Assembly: GCA_963783945.1 (NCBI GenBank)
Contig: CAWAPS010000005.1
Span: 444,500-476,499 of the forward strand
From: an uncultured Actinomycetota bacterium
GTDB taxonomy: Bacteria; Actinomycetota; Acidimicrobiia; Acidimicrobiales; Palsa-688
DNA: 32,000 nucleotides
Direction: 5' to 3'
The position numbers and the translations under genes were made by a program. Positions 1 through 8,503 of this stretch are shown piece after piece (within the stretch, counting starts at the first letter, position 1; each line of letters starts with the position of its first letter). Under the pieces are notes generated by a model. The model saw only the letters and a program-made list of their open reading frames with translations. It did not search any database and was not told where the DNA came from.

Positions 1-141
1 CGCGAGGTCACTGCCGGTTTGAAGCGGCGAGAAACCCTGTGCTTGCGCCCGGTCAGAGACGACTGGCAGATCGGTCGCTACCATTTCGGCCCCCCCTGCT
101 CACAGTGCCGCGGCCGCCAACAGATCCGGGAAGGGGCGGCG

Positions 142-408
142 ATGAGCGTCTGGGGCCGGGTGTGGCACTCTGGCCGATGGATGGGCTGGGTCCAGGAAGC
201 CAACGAGGTGGCCGATCTGATTCGCCCCATGCTCCATGAGGGGGACGTGGCGACCATCCATCGCGACCCCGATGACAGGTACGCCAATGTGCAATACACG
301 CTGGGTTGGGCTGCGCCACGCAAGATGGAAGGGCCGGAGATGTCGGAGCGGACGCCCCCGAGACCGCCTACCGCCATCATCCCCATCGATCCCGAGAAGC
401 GGTCGTAA
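142..408 (+). CDS. hypothetical protein (88 aa)
   Basis: In-frame ATG at 142 inside ORF 19..408. GC3 is high across the frame and the peptide looks protein-like (MSVWGRVWHSGRWMGWVQEANEVADLIRPMLHEGD...). The overlapping antisense ORF 78..632 looks like a shadow frame here. Confidence 0.4.
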   Translation: MSVWGRVWHSGRWMGWVQEANEVADLIRPMLHEGDVATIHRDPDDRYANVQYTLGWAAPRKMEGPEMSERTPPRPPTAIIPIDPEKRS

Positions 409-661
409 TGGGTGAACGAGGATTCTTCGTCGGAGATCTTCTCATCGAGGCTGTCCTTGTAGCGCCGGACGGTGGCTTCAAGGCGCTCCAAGTTGGCGTC
501 CCCAGTGCTTCGCTCCTGGCTCAGGCGTTTCTGGCCGACGTCGACCGCGAGGAGGGGTGTTGTTCGTCGGCCGGGCGCCCGAAGAAGGCCAATGTGTTCC
601 GCACCGAGTGTCCGGCCTCCACGAAGGGACAACGGGTGCCGTACGGCCGGTGAGTGCCAAG

Positions 662-1687
662 TCAGGTCTTGGGGAGTGCCCGCGGCCGTGGCGGTTGCAG
701 GTTGGCTTGGGCGAATGTCACGAGTTGGCCCGCGTCCTCATCCCAGAGCTTGAACTTGACGGCACGAAGACCGCCTTGGACCGAGACTGTCGGGACGCCA
801 GCGAAGATCGCGTTGGCGTCGTGGGCGCACTGCAAGTTGTAGTTCGGGATCCGAGGGTTGAAGTGGTGGACATGATGCAGACCGATGTTGCCGGTGAAGA
901 ACTGCAGCAGCTTCGGGAGCTTCAGATACGAACTGCCACGCAGCGCGGCCTCGGCATAGCTCCACTCACCCTGGCGCCGCCAGTAGACGTTCTCAAACTG
1001 GTGCTGGACGTAGAACAGCCAGATGCCGACCGACCCTGCCAACAGCCCCGCTGGCACCCACACGATCAGGAAATCCTCCCAGCCGATCAGCCAGCACAGC
1101 GCTCCGACGATAACCACCAACGCCGCGTTGGTCCACAGCACGCTGTTGCGCAGCCGCGGTTGTGTGCCGCGGGCCACGAGCCGCGGTTCGATGATCATCG
1201 CGAACACGGGCCCGAGCCCGAACATCACTACCGGATGACGAAACAACCGGTACGCAAGCCGACCGCGCCACGAACGAGCCTGATATTCGGCGACCGTCAA
1301 CGTCTCGACGTCCCCCACGCCGCGGCGATCGAGATCCCCTGAGGTCGCGTGGTGCCCGAGGTGCTCGGGGCGCCATGGCCGAAAAGGCGTGAGCACGAGC
1401 AGCCCGAGGACCGTGCCAACCCAGGTGTTCGCTCGCTTGGACGGAAGCAGCGAACCGTGCACGCAGTCGTGAAACATGACGAACACCCGGACCAGGAACC
1501 CGGCGGTCGGGATCACGAGCGCAACCACAGGCAAAGGGGAGACTCGCAGCATCAGGTACATCGCCACGCTGAGCGCCAGATACGTCCCAGCGGAGGTGAC
1601 TATGTCGAGCAATCCGCGTCCAATGCGAGGCTGGGTGTAAACGGACAACGCCTCACGCGACGACGAACGGTTCGACATGAGCGTCAT
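662..1687 (-). CDS. membrane fatty acid desaturase (di-iron, three His boxes)
   Basis: 341-aa ORF with His boxes HDCVHGS, HLGHH and HHVHH in canonical order, plus multiple hydrophobic spans. Confidence 0.85.
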   Translation of the reverse strand: MTLMSNRSSSREALSVYTQPRIGRGLLDIVTSAGTYLALSVAMYLMLRVSPLPVVALVIPTAGFLVRVFVMFHDCVHGSLLPSKRANTWVGTVLGLLVLTPFRPWRPEHLGHHATSGDLDRRGVGDVETLTVAEYQARSWRGRLAYRLFRHPVVMFGLGPVFAMIIEPRLVARGTQPRLRNSVLWTNAALVVIVGALCWLIGWEDFLIVWVPAGLLAGSVGIWLFYVQHQFENVYWRRQGEWSYAEAALRGSSYLKLPKLLQFFTGNIGLHHVHHFNPRIPNYNLQCAHDANAIFAGVPTVSVQGGLRAVKFKLWDEDAGQLVTFAQANLQPPRPRALPKT

Positions 1688-2122
1688 GGCAGGCTCCGAT
1701 ACAGACGGTCAACGATGCGGATGCCGTAGCGCCCCTGAATGGCGCACGGCGCGAGACTTGTCCGCGGGCGGGGGCCGGGCCCGTCGGGTGCTTAGTGCGT
1801 GTCGAGGGGCCTTGAAGCCTCACGGCAGATGCTAATTTCAAAGCATATCGGCCGGGGCATGAGCTCGCATCGCCAGGACAACGGTGCACGTCAGGTGAAC
1901 GAGGGCCTCGCCCTGCACGAGGCGCTGAGCCTGTCTGTCGGCAACGGGCAACCTGTCCTGGGCAACGAGTAGCAGGACCAAGCGCGCTCGGTGCAGCTCC
2001 GCGTTCGTACGCTCGAGCTCTCCAGTCCCGGCCTCGTTCGCCGATGCCACCCCATGACACCTATTACTCGTGTCGGGTGAAACACCACGACGCGGTTCAC
2101 GAGCGCGTGGGTCTGATGAACC

Positions 2123-2581
2123 TCACGGCGTCCGGGTCATGTTTCGGATGATCGTCTCGAGCGATCGATTCAGGACACGGACTTCGTCCTGCGTGAGACC
2201 CCGCAGCAGACGCTCTTCCAATTCCTGAACGCCGTCGTCGACCGATCGCCATTTTTTCTTGCCCGCACGCGTCAGGTGAGCGTTGAGGATTCGCGCATTT
2301 GACGGATTCTGCTGACGCTCCACCAACCCGGAGGCTTCGAGTTGCTTGAGGACCTCGTTCAATGACTGGGGCGTCACGAACGCCTTGCGGGCCAGCTCGG
2401 CGTTCGGCAACCCGGGCGTCTCGGCTAGGAACGCAAGCACGACGTAGTGGGGGATCCCGAGTCCATGTTCGGAGACGATCTCCTCCAAGGAGAGATGGAT
2501 GACCGATTGAGCGCGCTTGACCAGGTAACCCGACATCTCCTCGGCTCTGGTCACTCGCTTTCCCGTCTTTCTCATGGGCAT
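2123..2581 (-). CDS. MarR family transcriptional regulator
   Basis: 152-aa ORF with winged-HTH MarR-like sequence (LAFLAETPGLPNAELARKAFVTPQSLNEVLKQLEASGLVERQQNPSNARILNAHLTRAGKK). Divergent from the VOC gene. Confidence 0.85.
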   Translation of the reverse strand: MPMRKTGKRVTRAEEMSGYLVKRAQSVIHLSLEEIVSEHGLGIPHYVVLAFLAETPGLPNAELARKAFVTPQSLNEVLKQLEASGLVERQQNPSNARILNAHLTRAGKKKWRSVDDGVQELEERLLRGLTQDEVRVLNRSLETIIRNMTRTP

Positions 2582-2590
2582 CCTTGCACT

Positions 2591-2630
2591 TATCAGGCTA
2601 CCTGATATAGTTGTCAGGCAGCCTGATAAC
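2591..2630. promoter_or_regulatory. two adjacent palindromic operator-like sites in the MarR/VOC divergent intergenic region
   Basis: TATCAGGCTACCTGATA (2591-2607) and TGTCAGGCAGCCTGATA (2612-2628). Both are near-perfect inverted repeats built on the half-site TATCAGG. They lie between the MarR start (2581) and the VOC start (2646). Confidence 0.5.
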
Positions 2631-2645
2631 TATAGAGGAGCGCCA

Positions 2646-3002
2646 GTGAGAGTCATCGGACCCGACTTCATCGCACTGCAGGTCAGCGACCTGGAGGTGT
2701 CTGCTGCGTTCTATTCGCAGCAGCTCGGCCTTGAGCGGGCAGTCCAAAGCCCACCAGGAGCGGTAGTGTTTGCCACCACTCCTGTGCCCTTTGCCGTTCG
2801 TGAGCCCGCCATTGACTTGCAGGCGGTTGGTCGTCTCGGCTGGGGAGTCGCACTCTGGCTCAAGGCCGATGACCCGCAGGCCCTGCACGATCGACTTGTT
2901 CATGCCGGGGTTCGAATCGTGACCGAGCCCTTCGATGGTCCATTTGGGCGGACTTTCGTGTTCGCCGACCCCGATGGATACGCCGTTACCATCCATTCCT
3001 GA
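2646..3002 (+). CDS. VOC/glyoxalase-bleomycin resistance family protein
   Basis: GTG at 2646 preceded by AGAGGAG. The sequence is VOC-like (FIALQVSDLEVSAAFYSQQLGL ... FVFADPDGYAVTIH). The ATG at 2574 in the ORF track would overlap the MarR start, so I reject it. Confidence 0.8.
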   Translation: MRVIGPDFIALQVSDLEVSAAFYSQQLGLERAVQSPPGAVVFATTPVPFAVREPAIDLQAVGRLGWGVALWLKADDPQALHDRLVHAGVRIVTEPFDGPFGRTFVFADPDGYAVTIHS

Positions 3003-3030
3003 GCGACAAGGAGCAAGCCTCCTCACCTAC

Positions 3031-3192
3031 TCACCCGCCGGTCCGGTCGACCCCACCGGCGACCACCTCGAGTGGGAAGTCATCGGTACCTTCGGGTACC
3101 ACGACGACGGCCGGCTGGCCGAGGAGTGGGTGCAGACCGACTACCGCAGCTTCTTGACCAGGCTCGGCGTGACCACGACGGAGTCCGTATGA
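3031..3192 (+). pseudogene. 3' fragment of a SnoaL-like/ester-cyclase family gene
   Basis: Only a C-terminal-like stretch is present (PTGDHLEWEVIGTFGYHDDGRLAEEWVQTDYRSFLTRLGV). There is no plausible start or N-terminal half, and it begins right after the VOC stop. Confidence 0.35.
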
Positions 3193-3344
3193 CCCGGAAG
3201 GCATACGCCGTTCCATAAGAGCCCAGTGAGTGGCGCCCGACCCTGCGGGCTTCGACAGCCAGGCGACAAAGGCCAAGGTTATCCTTGGGTTACGGCAAAC
3301 ACCCCCTTCATCTGATGCCAGCTAACGACGGAGAGTACGACGCC

Positions 3345-4298
3345 ATGACAGAAAATTCACCGCCACCGCGGCAGGCTCTCGGTATCGGACTTGAGGAGTT
3401 CGAGTATCCGTATCCTGTTGGATTCTTCCCGGTGACGAACGACTTGCAGACGCTCACGATGGCCTACATGGACGTGCCACCGAGGGCAGAGCCCAATGGC
3501 ACGACGGTCGTCTTGATGCACGGCAAGGCCTTCGGCGGCTACTACTTCGTCAACGTGATCGAGGCGCTGACGACCGCCGGCTACCGCGTCGTCGCCCCCG
3601 ATCAGATCGGTTGGGGCAAGTCGTCGAAGCCAGACATTCACTACAGCTTCCAGCTGTTCGCCGCTAATACCGCAGCGCTCCTCGACCACCTTGGCGTCGG
3701 GCCGGTCTCGGTGCTGGGTCATTCCACTGGCGGGATGACCGCCACACGGTTCACCCTGATGAACCCCGACCGGGTGACCCACCTCGTTCTCGAGGATCCG
3801 CTCGGCCTGGTCGATTACCGGACCGGGATCCCTCCCCAATCCGAGGAGACCCTCTACGAGCACGAGGTCCACTGGACCGACCCCGACGTGATCCGTGGTT
3901 ACGTCGCCGGATACTTCGTGCATCCGGATCCCAAGGTATGGGATCCACTCGCCGAGGTCTTGGTGCGCGTGACGCTCAGCCCGGACTACCCACGATGGGC
4001 GCGGGCGGCGGCGCTCACGTTCCAGATGATCTACCAGCAACCCGTTCGGTATGAGTACCACCTCATCAAGCCCCCGACGTTGCTGATCGTCGGAGAGGAG
4101 GATCACGTGGTCCCGCTCGGTCAATATGCAAGGCCGGAGGACGCGGCCCGGCTGGGCGACTTCGTAGATCTCTCCGCTACGGCCGCTAACGACATACCTC
4201 GGGCCACCCGGGTAGTGGTACCTGACTGCGGGCACATCCCCCACCTCGAGGTGCCCCAGCAGTTCTTAGCCGCCTTCCTTCCCTTCCTGGCGAGCTGA
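3345..4298 (+). CDS. alpha/beta hydrolase
   Basis: Oxyanion-region HGKAFGG, nucleophile elbow GHSTGG and a C-terminal GHIPHLE motif. The ATG at 3345 has GGAGAG upstream. The ORF-track start at 3285 is a TTG. Confidence 0.8.
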   Translation: MTENSPPPRQALGIGLEEFEYPYPVGFFPVTNDLQTLTMAYMDVPPRAEPNGTTVVLMHGKAFGGYYFVNVIEALTTAGYRVVAPDQIGWGKSSKPDIHYSFQLFAANTAALLDHLGVGPVSVLGHSTGGMTATRFTLMNPDRVTHLVLEDPLGLVDYRTGIPPQSEETLYEHEVHWTDPDVIRGYVAGYFVHPDPKVWDPLAEVLVRVTLSPDYPRWARAAALTFQMIYQQPVRYEYHLIKPPTLLIVGEEDHVVPLGQYARPEDAARLGDFVDLSATAANDIPRATRVVVPDCGHIPHLEVPQQFLAAFLPFLAS

Positions 4299-4403
4299 CT
4301 TCGCCCTGTTTCGCTGTCAGCGTTTTCAATGCTCCTGAGCGTCTGACGGCGCCAACCTGTGCGTTCCACCGTGACCGACCCGTACACGAAAGGACAGAGA
4401 TAC

Positions 4404-4928
4404 ATGTTCACATATCCCGAGGCGGCCACAGGTAGCCAGGGCCCTGGGGAGATCGGTCCGCCTCCCTATTATCACCGCTCGGACTGCAACATCTGCCGGC
4501 AGCAAGACGGGCTGAAAACGGGGTCGAAGCTCCTGGACGCACCCCGCCCGAGTGGCTACATCGTCGAAGATGAGCACTACCTGGTCGAGCACGCCCCGCT
4601 GAAGTCAGCCGGCGCAGGAACGGTCATCGTCCAGGCTCGGCGTCATGTGCTGGATTTCGGTGAAATGACCCTGGCTGAAACTGGCGATTTCGGTTCTCTA
4701 CTCCATCGGCTCGTTCCGGCAGTCAAGGCGGCCACGGGAGTCGAGCGCGTCTACTACCTGGCGTTGATGGAGCGAGTGGCGCACTTCCATCTCTGGCTCG
4801 TTCCGAAAAAGGACGAGGGAGACCTTCGAGGAGTCGAGTACCTGGCGCAGCAGCCCCCTTTGACGGCCTCGCTCAGCGACGCAGAGGCGATGTCGCAGAA
4901 GATCAAGGCTGAGTACGAACGGTCTTGA
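4404..4928 (+). CDS. HIT-like domain protein (triad reads HFHLW)
   Basis: N-terminal C-x-x-C (CNICRQQDG) and C-terminal VAHFHLWLVPKK resemble the HIT fold motifs. ATG at 4404 is preceded by AAGGA. Confidence 0.55.
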   Translation: MFTYPEAATGSQGPGEIGPPPYYHRSDCNICRQQDGLKTGSKLLDAPRPSGYIVEDEHYLVEHAPLKSAGAGTVIVQARRHVLDFGEMTLAETGDFGSLLHRLVPAVKAATGVERVYYLALMERVAHFHLWLVPKKDEGDLRGVEYLAQQPPLTASLSDAEAMSQKIKAEYERS

Positions 4929-5068
4929 GGACGGCCATGGGATATCGGCTCCGCGCCCGAGACCGTTCCGGACGCCCTTGCCTCCTCAGTCGTCGCCGGC
5001 GGTCATCTAGGCTGCTGACCGGAAGACCTACGGCTGAACGACAAGCGGCCGGATCATAGGAGGTCAGC

Positions 5069-5507
5069 ATGACCCAGACGCTTTACACCGCGCAGGCAAC
5101 GGTCACTGGTGGACGCGACCGTGGTCACGGGGTAACGGGCGACGGGGCGCTGGACGTGCAGCTCCGAACGCCCAAAGAGATGGGAGGTGACGGAGGTGGT
5201 ACCAATCCCGAGCAGCTGTTCGCGGTCGGATATGCAGCCTGTTTCGAGGGGGCCTTGGGTGTCGTGGCGCGGCGTCGAGCGCGTCGAGCTCGGTGAGGTG
5301 TCCATCGATTCGCAGGTGAGCCTGATCACGACCGACACGCGGGGCTTCAACGTCGCAGTCGAGTTGAACGTTATCCTCCCAGGGATCGACGACCGGGCGC
5401 GGGCTGCGGAAATCGTCGCCGCTGCCCATCAGGTATGCCCGTACTCGAACGCGACACGCGGCAACGTGGAGGTCACCCTCACGGCCAACGGCGGACCCGT
5501 CAGCTGA
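5069..5507 (+). pseudogene. ohr: organic hydroperoxide resistance protein Ohr/OsmC family, split by a +1 frame change
   Basis: The N-terminal half lies in ORF 5069..5296 ([19 protein letters not shown], first catalytic Cys). The C-terminal half lies in ORF 5187..5507 (HQVCPYSNATRGN, second Cys). The frames switch around 5265-5295. AGGAGG precedes the ATG at 5069. Confidence 0.75.
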
Positions 5508-5885
5508 CCCCACCCCGCGCTCGACGGCGCACGCTTCCGTCCTGCCCGCCCGACCGCTAACACCCGTCTCCTAACGACGTCGGCCGCGACGGTCCAGGGT
5601 CGGCCTAGCCACCAGCTAGGTTGCGAGACGCTCGAGAACCGCCCGATCCGGCCGGTCGCTCCCGTGAGGGCACCGGAGGCAATCGCGTGCATGTCACCAA
5701 GACGTCACCGTCGTCTCTGGAGGGCGCACGGTGTCAATGATGTGTTCTTTGCTTCGTCGTTGGTGTCCGGCCCGGCATTCGCAGGCACGCCCCTGATCGC
5801 GGGCAGGGTGACATTTACGCGCCTGACATGCCGGTCCCCACGCCTTGACGGTTCCTCTCGGGAGGTGCGGCCATGCCCTTGATCG

Positions 5886-6989
5886 TCACCCGCCAGTGTG
5901 CGGTGGCGCCGCGGGTAGTTGCACGGTGACGCAGAGCCCGCCAGCGGCCCGGGGCGTTAGGGTGAGGGTTCCGTCGTGTGCTTCGGCGATGCTCTTGACG
6001 ATGGCCAGGCCGAGGCCGACACCTGCGTGATCAGCGCGTATGCGCTTGGAGCCGCGCTGGAACGGCTCGACGAGGGTGGCGACCAGCTGTGGGGTGAGCT
6101 TCTCGCCGGTGTTCTCGACCGTGAGCACCACGCTCTTGGACTGCACACCGGTGGTGACCCAGACCGTGCCCTGCTCGGGCAGGTTGTGGACGATGGCGTT
6201 GTGTCCGAGGTTCGTCGTCATCTGCAGCAGGAGCGGGTGTGAGCCGATGGCGGGGGTGATGTCGCCGGAGGTCTTGATGGTGATGCCGCGTTTTTCTGCC
6301 AGGGGGAGGAGCGTCTCGGTGGCTTGTTCGGCTATGAGGGACAGGTCGACGTGTTCTGGGGTGAAGGAGCGCTGGTCGGCGCGGCTGAGCAGGAGCAGTG
6401 TTTCGGTGAGGTCGATCGCTCGGGTGTTGACGGCGTGGAGGCGGTCGACCAGTTCGTCGTGGCTGCGGTTTTGATCGTTGCGGGCCACGTCGAGAAGGGT
6501 TTGCGTGATCGCCAAGGGGGTGCGCAGCTCGTGGGAGGCGTTGGCTGCGAATCTCTGCTGTTCGGCGCTGTGGGTTTCGAGCCGGGCGAGCATGGTGTCG
6601 AAGGCGTCGGCGAGTTCTCGGAACTCGTCGCGGCGGCCCGGTAGCCGGATGCGGTGGGAGAGCCTTCCGGCGGCGGCGATGCGGGTGGCGTCCGTGATGC
6701 GGGTCAGGGGGGCGAGCATGCGTCCGGCGAGAATCCATCCTCCCACGAGACCGAACACCAGCAGGAACGCCAGCACGATGGCCGCGACCGAGCCGAAGCC
6801 GTGCAGGGGGTCGGAGTCGTCCACTACGAACCACAACGAGGGATGCATGTGGGAGAGCGCACCGTCGGGTATGTAGCGCAGAACGACCACCCAAACGGCC
6901 GCGAGCATCAAGACACCAGCGAGCATGAGGAAGCCGGCGTAGCTGAGAGTAAGTTTGAGGCGAACACTCAAACCAGGGGCTCTATCCAC
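5886..6989 (-). CDS. vanS: VanS-type sensor histidine kinase
   Basis: GTG at 6989 overlaps the vanR stop (GTGGATAG). Two TM segments flank a ~28-aa loop. HAMP region, H-box FAANASHELRTPL, N-box HNAIVHN and G-box GVGLGLAIV are present. The 538-aa ORF-track model is an upstream shadow extension. Confidence 0.85.
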   Translation of the reverse strand: MDRAPGLSVRLKLTLSYAGFLMLAGVLMLAAVWVVVLRYIPDGALSHMHPSLWFVVDDSDPLHGFGSVAAIVLAFLLVFGLVGGWILAGRMLAPLTRITDATRIAAAGRLSHRIRLPGRRDEFRELADAFDTMLARLETHSAEQQRFAANASHELRTPLAITQTLLDVARNDQNRSHDELVDRLHAVNTRAIDLTETLLLLSRADQRSFTPEHVDLSLIAEQATETLLPLAEKRGITIKTSGDITPAIGSHPLLLQMTTNLGHNAIVHNLPEQGTVWVTTGVQSKSVVLTVENTGEKLTPQLVATLVEPFQRGSKRIRADHAGVGLGLAIVKSIAEAHDGTLTLTPRAAGGLCVTVQLPAAPPHTGG

Positions 6990-7683
6990 GGTCTCCTCCC
7001 TTATGCACGGTGTCAGGCTGAGTGTCGATGCGGTAGCCGACGCCGGCCACGGTGGCGATAATCCACGGTTCGCCGAGCCGTTTGCGCAGGGCCGAGACCG
7101 TGATGCGCACGGCGTTGGTGAACGGGTCTGCGTTCTTATCCCACGCCCGTTCGAGTAGCTCTTCCGCGCTGACGACACCGCCTTCGGCCGCGACGAGAAC
7201 TTCGAGCACGGCAAACTGCTTGCGGGTGAGGGCGACGTAGCGGCCGCCGCGGTAGACCTCGCGCCGGAACGGATCCAGACGCAGGCTTGCGATCTCTCGC
7301 ACGGGTGGCCTGTTGTGGGCCCGCCTGCGGTCGAGCGCTCTGAGCCGGAGGACGAGCTCTTGGAGCTCGAAGGGCTTGGTGAGGTAGTCGTCGGCCCCGA
7401 GTTCGAACCCGGAGGCCTTGTCGTCGAGCCGGTCGGCAGCGGTGAGCATGAGGATCGGCATGCCGCTGCCGGAGGCGACGATGCGTTTGGCGATCTCATC
7501 ACCGCTGGGTCCGGGGATGTCGCGGTCGAGGACGGCGATATCGTAGGCGTTGATGCTCAGCAGTTCGAGAGCGGTGTCGCCGTCACCGGCGATGTCGGCG
7601 GCGATGGCTTCCAGGCGGAGCCCATCGCGGATGGCTTCTGCCATGTAGGGCTCGTCCTCGACGATCAACACACGCACGCTCAC
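6982..7683 (-). CDS. vanR: VanR-type OmpR-family response regulator
   Basis: The receiver domain begins VRVLIVEDEPYMAEAIRDGL and carries the LDRDIPG aspartate pocket. The C-terminal winged helix ends GVGYRID. GTG starts are available at 7683 and 7677. The ATG at 7728 would add a non-homologous extension over the promoter block. Confidence 0.85.
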   Translation of the reverse strand: MSVRVLIVEDEPYMAEAIRDGLRLEAIAADIAGDGDTALELLSINAYDIAVLDRDIPGPSGDEIAKRIVASGSGMPILMLTAADRLDDKASGFELGADDYLTKPFELQELVLRLRALDRRRAHNRPPVREIASLRLDPFRREVYRGGRYVALTRKQFAVLEVLVAAEGGVVSAEELLERAWDKNADPFTNAVRITVSALRKRLGEPWIIATVAGVGYRIDTQPDTVHKGGDRG

Positions 7684-7692
7684 GCCATCGTA

Positions 7693-7773
7693 CGAGCCGG
7701 GGCATATCGTCGGCGTATCGAAAACCACATACGTGCTGGCAACCCCACGGTGGCTTGAATTTTGGGGCGTGAC
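7693..7773 (+). promoter_or_regulatory. copy 1 of a duplicated ~81-bp van promoter-like block (putative VanR boxes)
   Basis: About 66 of 82 hand-aligned positions are identical to 9529-9609. It contains CATATCG (7703), CGTATCG (7714) and CATACGT (7728), the first two 11 bp apart, followed by TTGAAT. Confidence 0.55.
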
Positions 7774-7821
7774 GTACCGCGGACCAGTACAGGTAGCAGC
7801 CGTAGGTGATGGACGATCCTC

Positions 7822-7986
7822 ATGGCTGTGTCAGTGGTCATCGCCGCTATCGTCGGGGCCGTCGGTGACCGGTGGTTGGCGGCCCTGTCGTCCTTGGCCG
7901 AGTCGCCCATCCGCATTCTTCACGGGGACCACCCCTTTGGCCTGGTGTGGCTGCCTGTGGCGTCCCTGACGGAGTATGCCCCCTGA
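7822..7986 (+). CDS. small hypothetical protein, 54 aa (below the ORF-track cutoff)
   Basis: ATG at 7822 with an in-frame TGA stop at 7807-7809 just upstream and a TGA stop at 7984-7986. Translation is MAVSVVIAAIVGAVGDRWLAALSSLAESPIRILHGDHPFGLVWLPVASLTEYAP. About 44 of 54 codons end in G/C by hand count. It lies about 50 bp downstream of promoter copy 1. Confidence 0.4.
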   Translation: MAVSVVIAAIVGAVGDRWLAALSSLAESPIRILHGDHPFGLVWLPVASLTEYAP

Positions 7987-8141
7987 GCCGCTCAGCGGCC
8001 GCTCTCGCGTCGCGCCCCGAATACGGCAGCCTTGACCGCGCCACGAACCAGGTGCGGTGTCGACGCCGACTGCCTGCTAAAGGAGTACCTCCATCCTGAG
8101 CGGCGGACGGCTCGGCGACCACCCGGCGGCGGAGGGGGCGG

Positions 8142-8469
8142 ATGGCTGTCCCGGTCCTGTATGTCGCCCTCGCCCTGCTCGTACTGTTCGTCGGAGCGTC
8201 CGTGTATGGAGGGGCCACCACGTGGGGGCAGCTGGTGTGCGTGGCACGTGGCCGGCCCGGCGCCGACGCCCGAGACGGCAGCCGAGTCGCTGCGGCGGGC
8301 CGGGGCGGTGCGGGGGATGACCCTCGACATCAACCCGGAATGGGTTACGTTCAACTTCTGCATCCGCCCCGACCCCGCCAACCCCACATCGATCACCGGG
8401 GGCCAAGCTGCATTCACGGACGCAGCGCTCGTCCGACCGGTATCTCACACCTACCGAGGAGTCCCGTGA
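8142..8469 (+). pseudogene. small membrane-anchored protein gene with an apparent +1 frame switch, or two very small ORFs
   Basis: GGAGGGGG lies 3 nt before the ATG at 8142, giving a clean TM helix (MAVPVLYVALALLVLFVGASVYGG). After about 8240 the protein-like, high-GC3 frame is the +1 frame (APTPETAAESLRRAGAVRGMTLDINPEWVTFNFCIRPDPANPTSITGGQAAFTDAALVRP, stop 8467-8469). Confidence 0.4.
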
Positions 8470-8503
8470 CTTCTTCTCCGTGTCCACCATCTGACCGTCC
8501 CGT

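Noticed and set aside
78-632. 184-aa minus-strand ORF. Its 409-632 part has high GC3 and a coiled-coil-like stretch (ANLERLEATVRRYKDSLDEKISDEE).
   Set aside because: Its 3' half is antisense to the more protein-like ORF 142..408 and reads as Ser/Trp/Arg-rich nonsense. There may be a gene remnant in 409-632, but I cannot define a start, a stop or a family.
5508-5885. Left boundary of the van unit: searched for direct repeats matching 12322-12483 and for a gene in ORF 5664..5882
   Set aside because: No shared repeat was found by eye. The ORF is low-complexity with no RBS. Only a small CCTAGC-cacca-GCTAGG hairpin is present, which is not diagnostic.
6031-6894. 287-aa minus-strand ORF, and the 538-aa extension of ORF 5886..7502, overlapping vanS and vanR
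   Set aside because: These are Arg/Pro/His-rich low-complexity translations typical of off-frame shadow ORFs in high-GC DNA. The kinase and regulator motifs occupy other frames, and the kinase has its own coupled GTG at 6989.
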